Assembly (NCBI RefSeq): GCF_018336915.1
Contig: NZ_CP064923.1
Coordinates: forward strand, 600,001-632,000
Source: Acaryochloris marina S15
GTDB taxonomy: Bacteria > Cyanobacteriota > Cyanobacteriia > Thermosynechococcales > Thermosynechococcaceae
Direction: 5' to 3'
DNA length: 32,000 nucleotides
Of this stretch, positions 1 through 8,605 are shown one piece after another. How positions within the stretch are numbered: position 1 is the stretch's first letter; each line of letters opens with the position of its first letter. Position numbers and translations under genes: made by a program. Under the pieces are notes generated by a model, which ran no database searches, was not told the origin of the DNA, and saw only the letters and a list, made by a program, of their open reading frames with translations.

Positions 1-19
1 TACAGATTTAGCTGTAAAT

Positions 20-1042
20 TTGTGCAGAGCCACTTACAAAATGGTTGCGACTTCCTCCCAATTAATAAGTGGGGCTGAATGGGACCTGGGCGTTGTTGTC
101 ATTATGGATTTATTCGAACAGGCCCACCATCAACTGCAGCAAGGAGAAACTGTTGACTGGAGTAAGGTGGGGGCTGATGCAGCTAAATTTGGCTTTGAGA
201 ATACCCCTAAAAAATGCCAAGAAGTTGAAAAACACTTGACCGAAGATTGGCAGGTTAGCCCAGACGTAAAAAAAGCGTTTAAACAAGATCGAGGTCTTAT
301 TCTGCGCCATTTGCTATTAGAGTTTTGTCGATACATGTATTGCCAACAGCAAATGAGTTTTGTCTGCAGTGAGTTGATTTGGAGTACGGTCCTTGACTGC
401 TGCAATCATCAAGATCGTCCCAAAAAACAACTCACCCAACCTGATAGTTATTTCTCCATTTCACAACAGGCGCTTGATAAATATGTAGGCCAATTGGTGG
501 GTGGTCTATTATCAATGCGACAAGCTCAGGGATTTGCAGTTTTATGGGGCATACCTTATGTGTATAAGTTTTTGCTAGACAAACAAATCATCCGAGAGGA
601 GACTTATCATCAGGCATTTAAGGCAACTACTGCATTGAAGGGATTCTTAATCAAAGGATTTCAGCAATCCTTGTGGCAATACAATTTTGTACATGTCTGG
701 CAACGACCTGCTCAAGTTTCGGCAGAAGAATTTGCTTCAGAAACTGAACAGTTTGTAAAGAGTGCTGAGCAAGTTGAACCGTTAAGTGAAGAGCCTCAAG
801 AGCGCTCTGATTTTAGTTTTCTCCATAAAACGCCTAAGCAGGAAGTCTTTGGGAAAGCTGAGTCATCCTCTTCTGGGGGCCAAAACATTTCTCAAGCAAC
901 AAAATCTACTCAGCCGCCACAACCTATCTGGGAACCTCCTAAACCTCGCAAATCTCCTTTACAAGAAGCGGCTAAATTATCATCTAAAGGGAAGAAGGGG
1001 AAGTCTAAAAAGTCTAATAAGGGATTCAAGTCTTCCTCATAG
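20..1042 (+). CDS. Hypothetical protein with a Lys/Ser/Pro-rich, probably disordered C-terminal tail. The true start is probably ATG 41 or ATG 104.
   Basis: 340-codon ORF. TTG at 20 is only the first possible start. I recognise no catalytic motif. The last ~90 aa are low complexity (PPQPIWEPPKPRKSP...KGKKGKSKKSNKGFKSSS). Confidence 0.5.
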   Translation: MCRATYKMVATSSQLISGAEWDLGVVVIMDLFEQAHHQLQQGETVDWSKVGADAAKFGFENTPKKCQEVEKHLTEDWQVSPDVKKAFKQDRGLILRHLLLEFCRYMYCQQQMSFVCSELIWSTVLDCCNHQDRPKKQLTQPDSYFSISQQALDKYVGQLVGGLLSMRQAQGFAVLWGIPYVYKFLLDKQIIREETYHQAFKATTALKGFLIKGFQQSLWQYNFVHVWQRPAQVSAEEFASETEQFVKSAEQVEPLSEEPQERSDFSFLHKTPKQEVFGKAESSSSGGQNISQATKSTQPPQPIWEPPKPRKSPLQEAAKLSSKGKKGKSKKSNKGFKSSS

Positions 1043-1079
1043 ATACGGATTGAAACCGGTCATCACCATGAAAGGCACA

Positions 1080-1679
1080 TCAACCTAACAATGCTTGGAT
1101 GGTCTGCTCGGTTGCTTGATAGGCTCCTTCACCAATGTGGTGATAGGTAATCACGCCTTCGCGCGAGGTCAAAAACAGATGGGGCCAATAGCGATTACGG
1201 TAGGCTTTCCAGGTTTGATAGTTGTTGTCCAACGGTACGGGATAGGCAATTTTGTATTCTTCTAGAGCCTTCTGGACATTGCTGGAATCATGTTCATATT
1301 TAAATTCAGGGGTATGCACACCAATCACTTGTAGACCCTGATCAGCATATTGCTGGTGCCAGCGGGTGATGTAAGGCAGGGTGCGTTGGCTATTGATGCA
1401 GCCAAAGGTCCAAAACTGCACAAGAACGACTTTCCCTTGCAGGTCAGCAACTCTGAGGGGATCGGAATTGAGCCATTGGGAAATGCCTTGAAATGGATGC
1501 AGGGCTTGTCCCAAATTCACATCATCTCGCTTGGCCCAAAGGGATGCGTTAGGGGTGGCATCAAAGGCGGCTACAGAACGATTTTGCGATCGCGGCAACA
1601 ATGCAGCTCCAACAGCAGATGCTGCCCCTAACCCAAAGAGGGATAACAGTTTTCGCCGCTGAGGTTGAAAGAAGCTCAT
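1080..1679 (-). CDS. Exported thioredoxin-fold protein, redoxin / DipZ C-terminal-domain-like, with a CxxS active-site variant
   Basis: The N-terminus QRRKLLSLFGLGAASAVGAALL looks like a twin-arginine signal. The body (VQFWTFGCINSQRTLP...LQVIGVHTPEF...YPVPLDNNYQTWKAYRNRYWPHLFL...GEGAY) follows the DipZ-C/redoxin pattern. Confidence 0.75.
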   Translation of the reverse strand: MSFFQPQRRKLLSLFGLGAASAVGAALLPRSQNRSVAAFDATPNASLWAKRDDVNLGQALHPFQGISQWLNSDPLRVADLQGKVVLVQFWTFGCINSQRTLPYITRWHQQYADQGLQVIGVHTPEFKYEHDSSNVQKALEEYKIAYPVPLDNNYQTWKAYRNRYWPHLFLTSREGVITYHHIGEGAYQATEQTIQALLG

Positions 1680-1884
1680 AATAATCGCTCAAGTTTCAGA
1701 ATAGCTAGGGCTTATTCTACTAACCAATACTGAGAATAGACTGAGCAATGAGATAGAGACAATCATGGGTGGCAGTAGCAATCAAACCTAGCTCTGGTAA
1801 AGATTACAAGCAGATGTCAAATTCAGGAGCACTTTGGTCTAGACTAGCGGAGTCATAGGTTGTCACATGCGCTAGGAAAAACAG

Positions 1885-2595
1885 ATGGGTACTCCTGCTG
1901 ATGAATCTCTTTTAGTCTTATCCGTCGATATTGGCGGTAGTGGCATTAAAGCCATGGTGCTAGACGAAAGCGGTCAACCCGTCACAGAGCGGCAGCGTCT
2001 TGAAACCCCTTCCTATCCCAATCCACCTGCGGTTTTAGATGTGATTGCAGAACTTGCCAAAGAGCAAGGCAACTTCAACCGGGTCTCTGTGGGATTTCCG
2101 GGGGTGGTTCAAAATGGTGTGATCAAAACAGCCGTGAACCTCAATAAAGAATGGATTGACTACGACCTGGCGAAAAATCTGGGAGACCGTTTGGATACCC
2201 CCGTTCGTGTGGCTAATGATGCTGATATTCAAGGGTATGGGGCGATTTCAGGTCAAGGCGTTGAGCTAGTCGTTACCCTGGGAACTGGCTTTGGTTCGGC
2301 ACTCTTTGTCAATGGCCACCTCGTACCCAATTTAGAAATTGCCCATCACCCTTTTATCAAAGACAAAACCTACGAACAGCAGCTAGGTCGTAAAGCCATG
2401 AAGAAAAGGGGCAAGAAAGCCTGGAACCGTCATTTAGCCCAAGCGATCAAGAACCTAGAACATCTGTTTAACTACGACAGGCTGTATATGGGAGGAGGCG
2501 AAACCAAGCGCGTCCAGATTGAACTACCCGACAATGTTGAAATTGTCAGCAATCGAGCGGGGATTCTTGGTGGAATTGCTCTCTGGCGAGATTAG
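1885..2595 (+). CDS. ppgK: Polyphosphate glucokinase (ROK family)
   Basis: LSVDIGGSGIKAMVLD phosphate-1 motif. ANDADIQGYG and LGTGFGSALF are ROK/actin-fold ATPase motifs. The ~236 aa length is typical of PPGK. Confidence 0.8.
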   Translation: MGTPADESLLVLSVDIGGSGIKAMVLDESGQPVTERQRLETPSYPNPPAVLDVIAELAKEQGNFNRVSVGFPGVVQNGVIKTAVNLNKEWIDYDLAKNLGDRLDTPVRVANDADIQGYGAISGQGVELVVTLGTGFGSALFVNGHLVPNLEIAHHPFIKDKTYEQQLGRKAMKKRGKKAWNRHLAQAIKNLEHLFNYDRLYMGGGETKRVQIELPDNVEIVSNRAGILGGIALWRD

Positions 2596-2601
2596 AGCTG
2601 A

Positions 2602-3270
2602 TTAGGGCTGGATTGCGGTTTTGAAGAATTTGTTGCTGTAGGGCCACAAAAATACATTAAATCGGCGACCCGCCAGTGTTTGCCGATGTTGATAGGTGTT
2701 TTGGGCAGAGAGGCTCGTGACTGCGTTTAGGCGGTCGGCTAACTTCATACAGTTGGCAAGGCTACTGGGGGTGTAACATTGCACGTCCACTTGATTGCAG
2801 CCACCGGACGGTAATTGCTTGGCTTGAAACGGCTGAATACTGCAGTAAATCGTCTTTGTGTACGCCTGGCGGAGTTTGAAAAAGTCTTTTTGAGAGTAGT
2901 GGGTAAAGTAGTGATCATCCACTTGCAGGCCATCGGTGTGGCGGGCCTCATGGACAAGCTGGGGTACCGTTAGGGAGCGCAACTGGGGGGACTGAATCCA
3001 TACCACCGGCTTGAGCTGATGCTGCCGGGCCGCTGCGCTGACTTTTTGCTGCACCTGATCGGAAACATTGCGAAAATCGAGAAACACGACCTTGTACTGC
3101 TGCTGCTTAATTTTCGCCATCGCCTGGTTCAGGGTATTCGACGATACGTGGTAGCGAATTTGGGGCTGAGATAGCCAGGTTCCGGAAGGAGCGGCTTGGG
3201 CAGTTTGAGGGGCAAGGGCAAGAAAAGCAGTGCCAGCTAGAGCTGTCAGCAGAAATTTAGAGGTAGGCAT
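2602..3270 (-). CDS. Secreted hypothetical protein
   Basis: Sec-type signal peptide MPTSKFLLTALAGTAFLALAPQTAQA followed by a 195-aa Cys-containing domain I do not recognise. Its stop lies 6 nt from the ppgK stop (convergent). Confidence 0.5.
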   Translation of the reverse strand: MPTSKFLLTALAGTAFLALAPQTAQAAPSGTWLSQPQIRYHVSSNTLNQAMAKIKQQQYKVVFLDFRNVSDQVQQKVSAAARQHQLKPVVWIQSPQLRSLTVPQLVHEARHTDGLQVDDHYFTHYSQKDFFKLRQAYTKTIYCSIQPFQAKQLPSGGCNQVDVQCYTPSSLANCMKLADRLNAVTSLSAQNTYQHRQTLAGRRFNVFLWPYSNKFFKTAIQP

Positions 3271-3575
3271 TAACGGATGGGGATGAGTGAGGATGGAGGA
3301 ATTCTTTTTCAGAATACCTAGAATAGATCAACTTAAGTGTGACATTGATCGCTGTGGCTAATTAATATAATACGACGAGAGAGAATATGCTGCCAAAGTT
3401 CCTCTTCTCTCTCCTGCCAAAAACTCACCTTAATCTGACTAACTGAAGCGCTGCTGGTGGGAAGACCAGGATTTGATGCGGGCTGGCGTTTTGAGAGAGG
3501 TGTTATCAGTCAGGAACGTTTAAGCGGAATGAACCCAGTGCTGCACATGCTGCAACTGGGGGGTTGCTCCCATCA

Positions 3576-3785
3576 TTAGGCAAACCTGAGGTGAGTTTTA
3601 ATGCCTCGATATTGAATCAGTTGCTGAGGTTGTTGTCTGGGCTCTCGCTCTTGCACCGTAGAGACGGGCTGCGTAACATTAATTGCCATTGATAGCCCCC
3701 GATAGGTACCTTGCAATACTTCGGAGGAAATAACGGTTGGGTTCGTTGTCACGGTATAAAAGTTATTCCGATATTTCAGTTGCAT
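3576..3785 (-). CDS. DUF4278-like small protein, paralog 2. The ORF track starts it at 3824; the internal ATG at 3785 with an AGGAA Shine-Dalgarno is more likely.
   Basis: MQLKYRNNFY...TYRGLS...IQYRGI parallels the neighbouring paralog. An AGGAAAG motif sits ~8 nt upstream of ATG 3785. Confidence 0.6.
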   Translation of the reverse strand: MQLKYRNNFYTVTTNPTVISSEVLQGTYRGLSMAINVTQPVSTVQEREPRQQPQQLIQYRGIKTHLRFA

Positions 3786-3823
3786 GATGTTCTTTCCTGG
3801 TTGTTGATTCAGATTCCAAGCCA

Positions 3824-4012
3824 TTAAGCAAGATGGAGGATTGTGGTGACCCCTCGATATTTGATCACCTGCTCTTGCTGAGGTGCGACGGTAGGCTGAG
3901 CCGTAGGAATAGTAGTGGATAGCCCACGATATCTGCCTGTATATCCTTCGGGTGTGTTGGATTCGGTATTGATGAAAGAGGTGTAGGGGGTATTGCGGTA
4001 TTTGAGTGGCAT
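3824..4012 (-). CDS. DUF4278-like small protein, paralog 1
   Basis: 62 aa: MPLKYRNTPY...RYRGLS...IKYRGV. A GGAGAA Shine-Dalgarno lies upstream. Repeated YRG/YRN motifs are characteristic of the cyanobacterial DUF4278 family. Confidence 0.6.
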   Translation of the reverse strand: MPLKYRNTPYTSFINTESNTPEGYTGRYRGLSTTIPTAQPTVAPQQEQVIKYRGVTTILHLA

Positions 4013-4273
4013 AGTTGCTGTTCTCCAGGGTGTTGATAAGCCTGAGTGGGTCTAAGTCGTTAACCTGATTCTCTGGGGAGTGCCCCTTAGATTCAGTGAT
4101 GCTGATCCAAGGCTCACGTGACCGTAGTCACTGCAGTGCATTGCGCTGAAAAACTTTCTGTGAAGGGATTTCAATGATTTTGTGCTTGTCGATATTTATC
4201 CCTAGTGGATGGGGCATTTATGTTGTTGACGGGATACCCTTGACAGTCTGCCTCAACCCCTAAAATAAGTCTG

Positions 4274-5449
4274 GTGACCCTAGTGATAAACAGATTGAAA
4301 AAAGCGCTAAAGATACTGGCAGGGATACTCGCTTTGATGGCGATCGGAGTGGGGGGAGTCGTTGCTTGGCAATGGACCTTTATCCAACGAATGCTGACTT
4401 ATCCAGAGAATCCCATTACAGGGGTGGATTGGTATGCTCCCATGGCGACGGTTGCTGGAGGGGATAGCCTACCCGTTCCTACCGCTCAACCCCAGTTATC
4501 CCAGGCTGCCTTGGAGCAAATTGAACAGTATGCCCAAGACCATCGTTCCTCGTCGCTCCTGGTGATGCATCAAGGTCAACTGGTGCTGGAAAAGTACTGG
4601 CAAGGGCATGACCAGGCGGCCTATACCAATTCCATGTCCATGGCCAAAACGGTGCTGTCGTTGCTGATTGGCATTGCGATCGCAGACGGTAGCATCGGTT
4701 CAGAACTGGACCCGGTTGCTCAATATATTCCTGAATGGGCCAACGATGACCGAGCCAAAATCACGATTGAAGATTTGCTGAGAATGCAGTCTGGTCTCCG
4801 GGATTATGAGATCGCTAACGATCCGTTTTCCGATATTATCCAGATTTATTTAGGTACAGATGCTAAATCGGCGGCTTTAAACGTCCCTGCGGAACGCCCC
4901 TCCGGCCAGGAGTTTGCCTATATCAATGCCAATAGCCAAATTTTAGGTCTGCTTTTGGAGCGAGCGACGGGCCAGGGTTTTGGTCAATACTTGTCCACCC
5001 AGCTCTGGCAGCCCATTGGTGCCCAAGACGCGCAGTTGTGGTTAGATCGACCGGATGGAAATGCTAAACCATTTTGCTGTTTGTTCGCGCGATCGCAAGA
5101 TTGGCTACGGGTGGGTCAACTCCTGCTCAATGAGGGCAAGGCGAATCAAAAACAGGTGGTTCCTGCAGACTGGATTAAAAAGATGTTGGTTTCTAGTGGG
5201 GCAGAACCTGCCTATGGCTACCACATCTGGCTGAAGGCCCGGACTACAGATGGGCCAGGGTATAAACAAAGAGCCTCACAGCCGTTCTTGTCGGAGGATA
5301 TGTTTTATCTAGATGGATGGGGACAACAGCGGGTCTATGTTATGCCATCTCAAGAGTTGGTGGTGGTCCGGGTGGGAGAAAAACCCGAAACCTGGGATGA
5401 TGCCGTGATTCCCAATACCCTCATTCGTGATTTGCAATCTAAAAAGTAG
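4274..5449 (+). CDS. Membrane-anchored serine hydrolase, beta-lactamase-related (class C-like / PBP family)
   Basis: N-terminal TM helix (ILAGILALMAIGVGGVVAW). SxxK motif in SMSMAKTV. Beta-lactamase-fold-like length and motif spacing. GTG start. Confidence 0.75.
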   Translation: MTLVINRLKKALKILAGILALMAIGVGGVVAWQWTFIQRMLTYPENPITGVDWYAPMATVAGGDSLPVPTAQPQLSQAALEQIEQYAQDHRSSSLLVMHQGQLVLEKYWQGHDQAAYTNSMSMAKTVLSLLIGIAIADGSIGSELDPVAQYIPEWANDDRAKITIEDLLRMQSGLRDYEIANDPFSDIIQIYLGTDAKSAALNVPAERPSGQEFAYINANSQILGLLLERATGQGFGQYLSTQLWQPIGAQDAQLWLDRPDGNAKPFCCLFARSQDWLRVGQLLLNEGKANQKQVVPADWIKKMLVSSGAEPAYGYHIWLKARTTDGPGYKQRASQPFLSEDMFYLDGWGQQRVYVMPSQELVVVRVGEKPETWDDAVIPNTLIRDLQSKK

Positions 5450-5474
5450 AAGGGGATCTCCAATATGCGGTGGG

Positions 5475-6065
5475 TTAGGTATTGGACTGTAGAAAGTTGA
5501 CGATATCTTGATGGTCTAAAGATTCCGAAATTGTCAAAGCGGTATCACCATAATCATCATGAATGTCAATGATTGCACCTGTTTTTACTAAACGTTTACA
5601 GATCATCAAATTGCCCTTGGATACAGCTGTCATTAAAGGGGTATACCCCAAGGCACATGTCCGGTTGAGATCAGCATGTGCCTGAATGAGTGCTTCAACG
5701 ATATCTGGAGTATCCTTGGCGATGGCTAGGTGAAGAGGCGCGGAAGTAACATCACCATAATTTGGATTGGCGCCTGAATTGAGCAACAGCTTAACGATGT
5801 CTAAATTCCCTACATCCGTCGCAATCCACAAGGGCATGGTTATCTCATATTGACTTTGATGAACATCCGCCCCTGCCAATAAGAGCATGTCGACGATTTC
5901 AACTCGTTGCAGATTAATCGCTTGAATTAATGGAGTAAGCCGCTCTGCTGCCCTGTAGTGGATGTTCACATCAGCTCCCTGTTCAATAAGCTGTTGCAAG
6001 GCCAATACATTATTAGCAAGAATCGCTCGACATATTTTTTGTTCAATCGAGTCGATTGTTTTCAT
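5475..6065 (-). CDS. Ankyrin-repeat protein (~5 repeats)
   Basis: Repeating TPLxxAxxxGxxxIVxxLLxxGAxxN units (LLAGADVH, LLNSGANPN, LIQAHADLN, LVKTGAIID). Confidence 0.85.
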   Translation of the reverse strand: MKTIDSIEQKICRAILANNVLALQQLIEQGADVNIHYRAAERLTPLIQAINLQRVEIVDMLLLAGADVHQSQYEITMPLWIATDVGNLDIVKLLLNSGANPNYGDVTSAPLHLAIAKDTPDIVEALIQAHADLNRTCALGYTPLMTAVSKGNLMICKRLVKTGAIIDIHDDYGDTALTISESLDHQDIVNFLQSNT

Positions 6066-6129
6066 AGCCTCTAACGGTTCTGCAGTGCATTTAAAACAGA
6101 CTGGCGGATCTGGAACATAATCCTATTTT

Positions 6130-6774
6130 TTATCGCAAACTATACTTTTGGTAAATCGCCTTTTCAATGCTCAGCTTATCTTCATCTATTCGTATGATCA
6201 TTTCGTCATCTTCTCCATATTCATAAGGAATTAATTTGTATATCTCTAACTCACAACATTCTGCAATTGCAGAGAGCATACTAGTGATATTTCTATACAC
6301 TCTGATTTGTTTAGGCTTGCAATCAATATCCCATAAATAGACTGGAGATGGATCGAGATCGCCAATTATATATAGGATCCTCTTATTTTCAAAAGAAGCG
6401 AACGGAAACCATTTATAATTCCAGAATTCATATTCAAAATCTGATCCTATAGTTTCTTGAGAGGCTTGATATAAGTCAAAGTAGTTGGCTATCGAGTCTT
6501 GCAAAGAAAAAAATGCTATTGGTTCACTACAAAATAAATTTTCAGGAAACAAAAATAGATCCTTACACCAACCATTATTATGATTTGGATCTTCTGTCCC
6601 ATTCCTCCATGCGTATAAATCGTGGAGTTCTCGACTGATTTTGAATGGCAAGCTTTCGATCAGATCTTCAATTTCTTGATGATTTAAACCAGGATTATAG
6701 CAATCAGAAAAGTCAAGACATTTAGACTCTATCCAGTTAAATATATAATTCAATTTGCTAGCAACTTTAGACAT
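6130..6774 (-). CDS. SMI1/KNR4 (SUKH superfamily) protein, immunity-protein-like
   Basis: NWIESK...LPFKISRELHDLYAWRNGT and WFPFASFENKRILYIIGDLDPSPVYLWD match the two signature blocks of SMI1/KNR4. The gene is strongly AT-rich (17/60 and 18/60 G+C in two counted lines). Confidence 0.7.
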   Translation of the reverse strand: MSKVASKLNYIFNWIESKCLDFSDCYNPGLNHQEIEDLIESLPFKISRELHDLYAWRNGTEDPNHNNGWCKDLFLFPENLFCSEPIAFFSLQDSIANYFDLYQASQETIGSDFEYEFWNYKWFPFASFENKRILYIIGDLDPSPVYLWDIDCKPKQIRVYRNITSMLSAIAECCELEIYKLIPYEYGEDDEMIIRIDEDKLSIEKAIYQKYSLR

Positions 6775-7220
6775 GGATATATTATGAATTTTAATTCATT
6801 TATGACTTTAGTATATTGATTAACCCTCTCGTCTTAAATTGAATATTTATGAATTGTAAGAGAGGCTTGCTGAAAATAGTGGATACACTTGCAGATAAAA
6901 ATAATATATAGAGAAAGTATGAATAGAGAGTCTAAAAAATGTTTAAAATGCTAGTTCATTAGATAGAAGCTTATTCAGAATAGCCGAGATAGCATTAAGA
7001 AAAGATGTGCATAGTTGTTCTGCTGTTTTAGAGGCAGTCCGATTTTGCCCATTAATAAAAGCGATGTTCAACCTCTGTGTTGTGGCGTATTGCCATTTTC
7101 TAGAACCTCATCGATTCCGTACTCACTCAGGTCAAAGGATTATAGACGCAGTATGCGTAAAGGTTTGTGGCTTCACTACTATGTTTTAGTAGGATAAGAG
7201 CGTGATTTGGGAGCATCAGA

Positions 7221-7736
7221 ATGGCAAAGCAGTTTATTCCCATTAATATTGCTGTGATGACGGTGTCTGATACGCGTACGGAAGACACGGATACCTCCGG
7301 GAAACTGTTGTGCGATCGCATCCAAGCAGCTGGACATACCCTAGGTGAGAAAGTCATCGTTCCTGACGACATCTACCAAATTCGTGCTGTTGTGTCTCGT
7401 TGGATCGCCAATGAATCCATCCAGGCCATCATCACCACTGGGGGCACGGGGGTGACTGGACGAGACGGCACTCCTGAAGCCATTCAACCTCTATTGGATA
7501 AGGAAATTCAGGGATTTGGCGAAATCTTTCGCATGATCTCCTACGACGAGATTAAGACCTCAACGATTCAGTCTCGGGCATTATCGGGAGTGGCCAATGG
7601 CACCTACTTGTTTTGTCTACCCGGCTCATCCGGTGCTTGCCGAACAGGTTGGGATGCTCTGATCCAAGATCAATTGGATGTCCGCCACTCTCCCTGTAAT
7701 TTGGCGGAACTCATGCCTCGATTGCGTGAACGGTAA
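7221..7736 (+). CDS. moaB: Molybdenum cofactor biosynthesis protein B
   Basis: Near full-length resemblance to E. coli MoaB: FIPINIAVMTVSDTR, TTGGTGVTGRD, FGEIFRMISYDEIKTSTIQSRA, LPGSSGACRTGW. Confidence 0.9.
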   Translation: MAKQFIPINIAVMTVSDTRTEDTDTSGKLLCDRIQAAGHTLGEKVIVPDDIYQIRAVVSRWIANESIQAIITTGGTGVTGRDGTPEAIQPLLDKEIQGFGEIFRMISYDEIKTSTIQSRALSGVANGTYLFCLPGSSGACRTGWDALIQDQLDVRHSPCNLAELMPRLRER

Positions 7737-7766
7737 AGCCGAAACTTTGTGATGCTAAATAAGAGA

Positions 7767-8081
7767 TTAGTCGTAATGATATCGGCAAGTTAAAAAGTCA
7801 ATTTTCGCATGTCCAACCCGATAAACGAGTCGATCGGCTATCGTGACTCTTCGGCTCCAAAGATTTGCCCCAAGGTGTTTGAGAGGCTCTGGCTTACCCA
7901 TTCCAGTAAAGGGATGGGCTAAGCACTCATCTACCAATTTCCAGACCTTGTCATAGGCTGTGGGGTTGATGCGAGCTAAGTCTTTTAGATCTTCTCGAAA
8001 CTCCGTCTCAAAGATGGGACACCGTTGAGGGTTCTTCGCTGGCTGTGACTGTGATGGTATCCGCTGCTTCCGTTTGCTCAC
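7767..8081 (-). CDS. yoeB: YoeB/Txe-family toxin (mRNA interferase). The start is uncertain; GTG 8081 is the only canonical in-frame start.
   Basis: PFTGMGKPEPLKHLGANLWSRRVTIADRLVYRV...CRYHY closely parallels E. coli YoeB (PFEGKGKPEPLKH...WSRRI...HRLVY...CRYHY). Confidence 0.85.
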   Translation of the reverse strand: MSKRKQRIPSQSQPAKNPQRCPIFETEFREDLKDLARINPTAYDKVWKLVDECLAHPFTGMGKPEPLKHLGANLWSRRVTIADRLVYRVGHAKIDFLTCRYHYD

Positions 8082-8373
8082 AGTATTGCCGTAATTCCTC
8101 TAAAGTTTGGTGAGTATTGATCTCTTCTGGGGTATCCAGATCCCTTGTCTGGGATTTTCCCAAAGCAGAAAACAACCGTTCGGCATTTTTTTGCGATCGC
8201 AACAGGTGTACTGTTTCCACCAAGCTACTCAACTCAGACTCAGCAATCATGGCAACGTTAGGTGCATCCTTGCGCTTAACGATGACCACTGAACTATCAT
8301 TGGCTACTTCATCTAGAATTTTGAAAAACTCTTTGCGAGCATTGGTGGCAGATTCTGTTTTGCTGATTAGCAT
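8008..8373 (-). CDS. yefM: Phd/YefM-family antitoxin with an extended C-terminal tail
   Basis: MLISKTESATNARKEFFKILDEV...VVIVKRKDAPNVAMIAESELSSLVETVHLLRSQKNAERL follows the YefM pattern. I chose ATG 8373 because the ORF-track start at 8442 would add 23 non-homologous residues. Confidence 0.8.
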   Translation of the reverse strand: MLISKTESATNARKEFFKILDEVANDSSVVIVKRKDAPNVAMIAESELSSLVETVHLLRSQKNAERLFSALGKSQTRDLDTPEEINTHQTLEELRQYCEQTEAADTITVTASEEPSTVSHL

Positions 8374-8605
8374 ACCTGTACCTAAATCGCGTACATTCAC
8401 AAGATAGCATCCAGTCTCTATGACTGTCCAAAACTTCACCAAAAAGAGATATAGCGAGGTCCCTCAAACGTGATCTAATACCAATTAGCACCTAAGGGTG
8501 TAATTCTAATTATTTGCTAAGCCAACTCAGTATTGGGTTTCACGAGTTTGAGAGTTACACCTTCAGGCACATCTTGGTATAAGCCCTTGGATAGATGTTT
8601 AACTA

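Noticed and set aside
110-1088. Minus- and plus-strand ORFs of 66-100 aa overlapping the first gene (110-310, 130-405, 786-1088)
   Set aside because: They overlap a longer ORF, have no independent start-site signals, and have odd composition. I treated them as shadows.
7007-7220. Two 60-aa plus-strand ORFs and a possible Moco riboswitch upstream of moaB
   Set aside because: The ORFs overlap each other in different frames and have no Shine-Dalgarno or other features. I could not find the conserved Moco-motif elements; only a 5-bp ACGCA/TGCGT hairpin and generic AAAGG strings are present, so no riboswitch call is justified.
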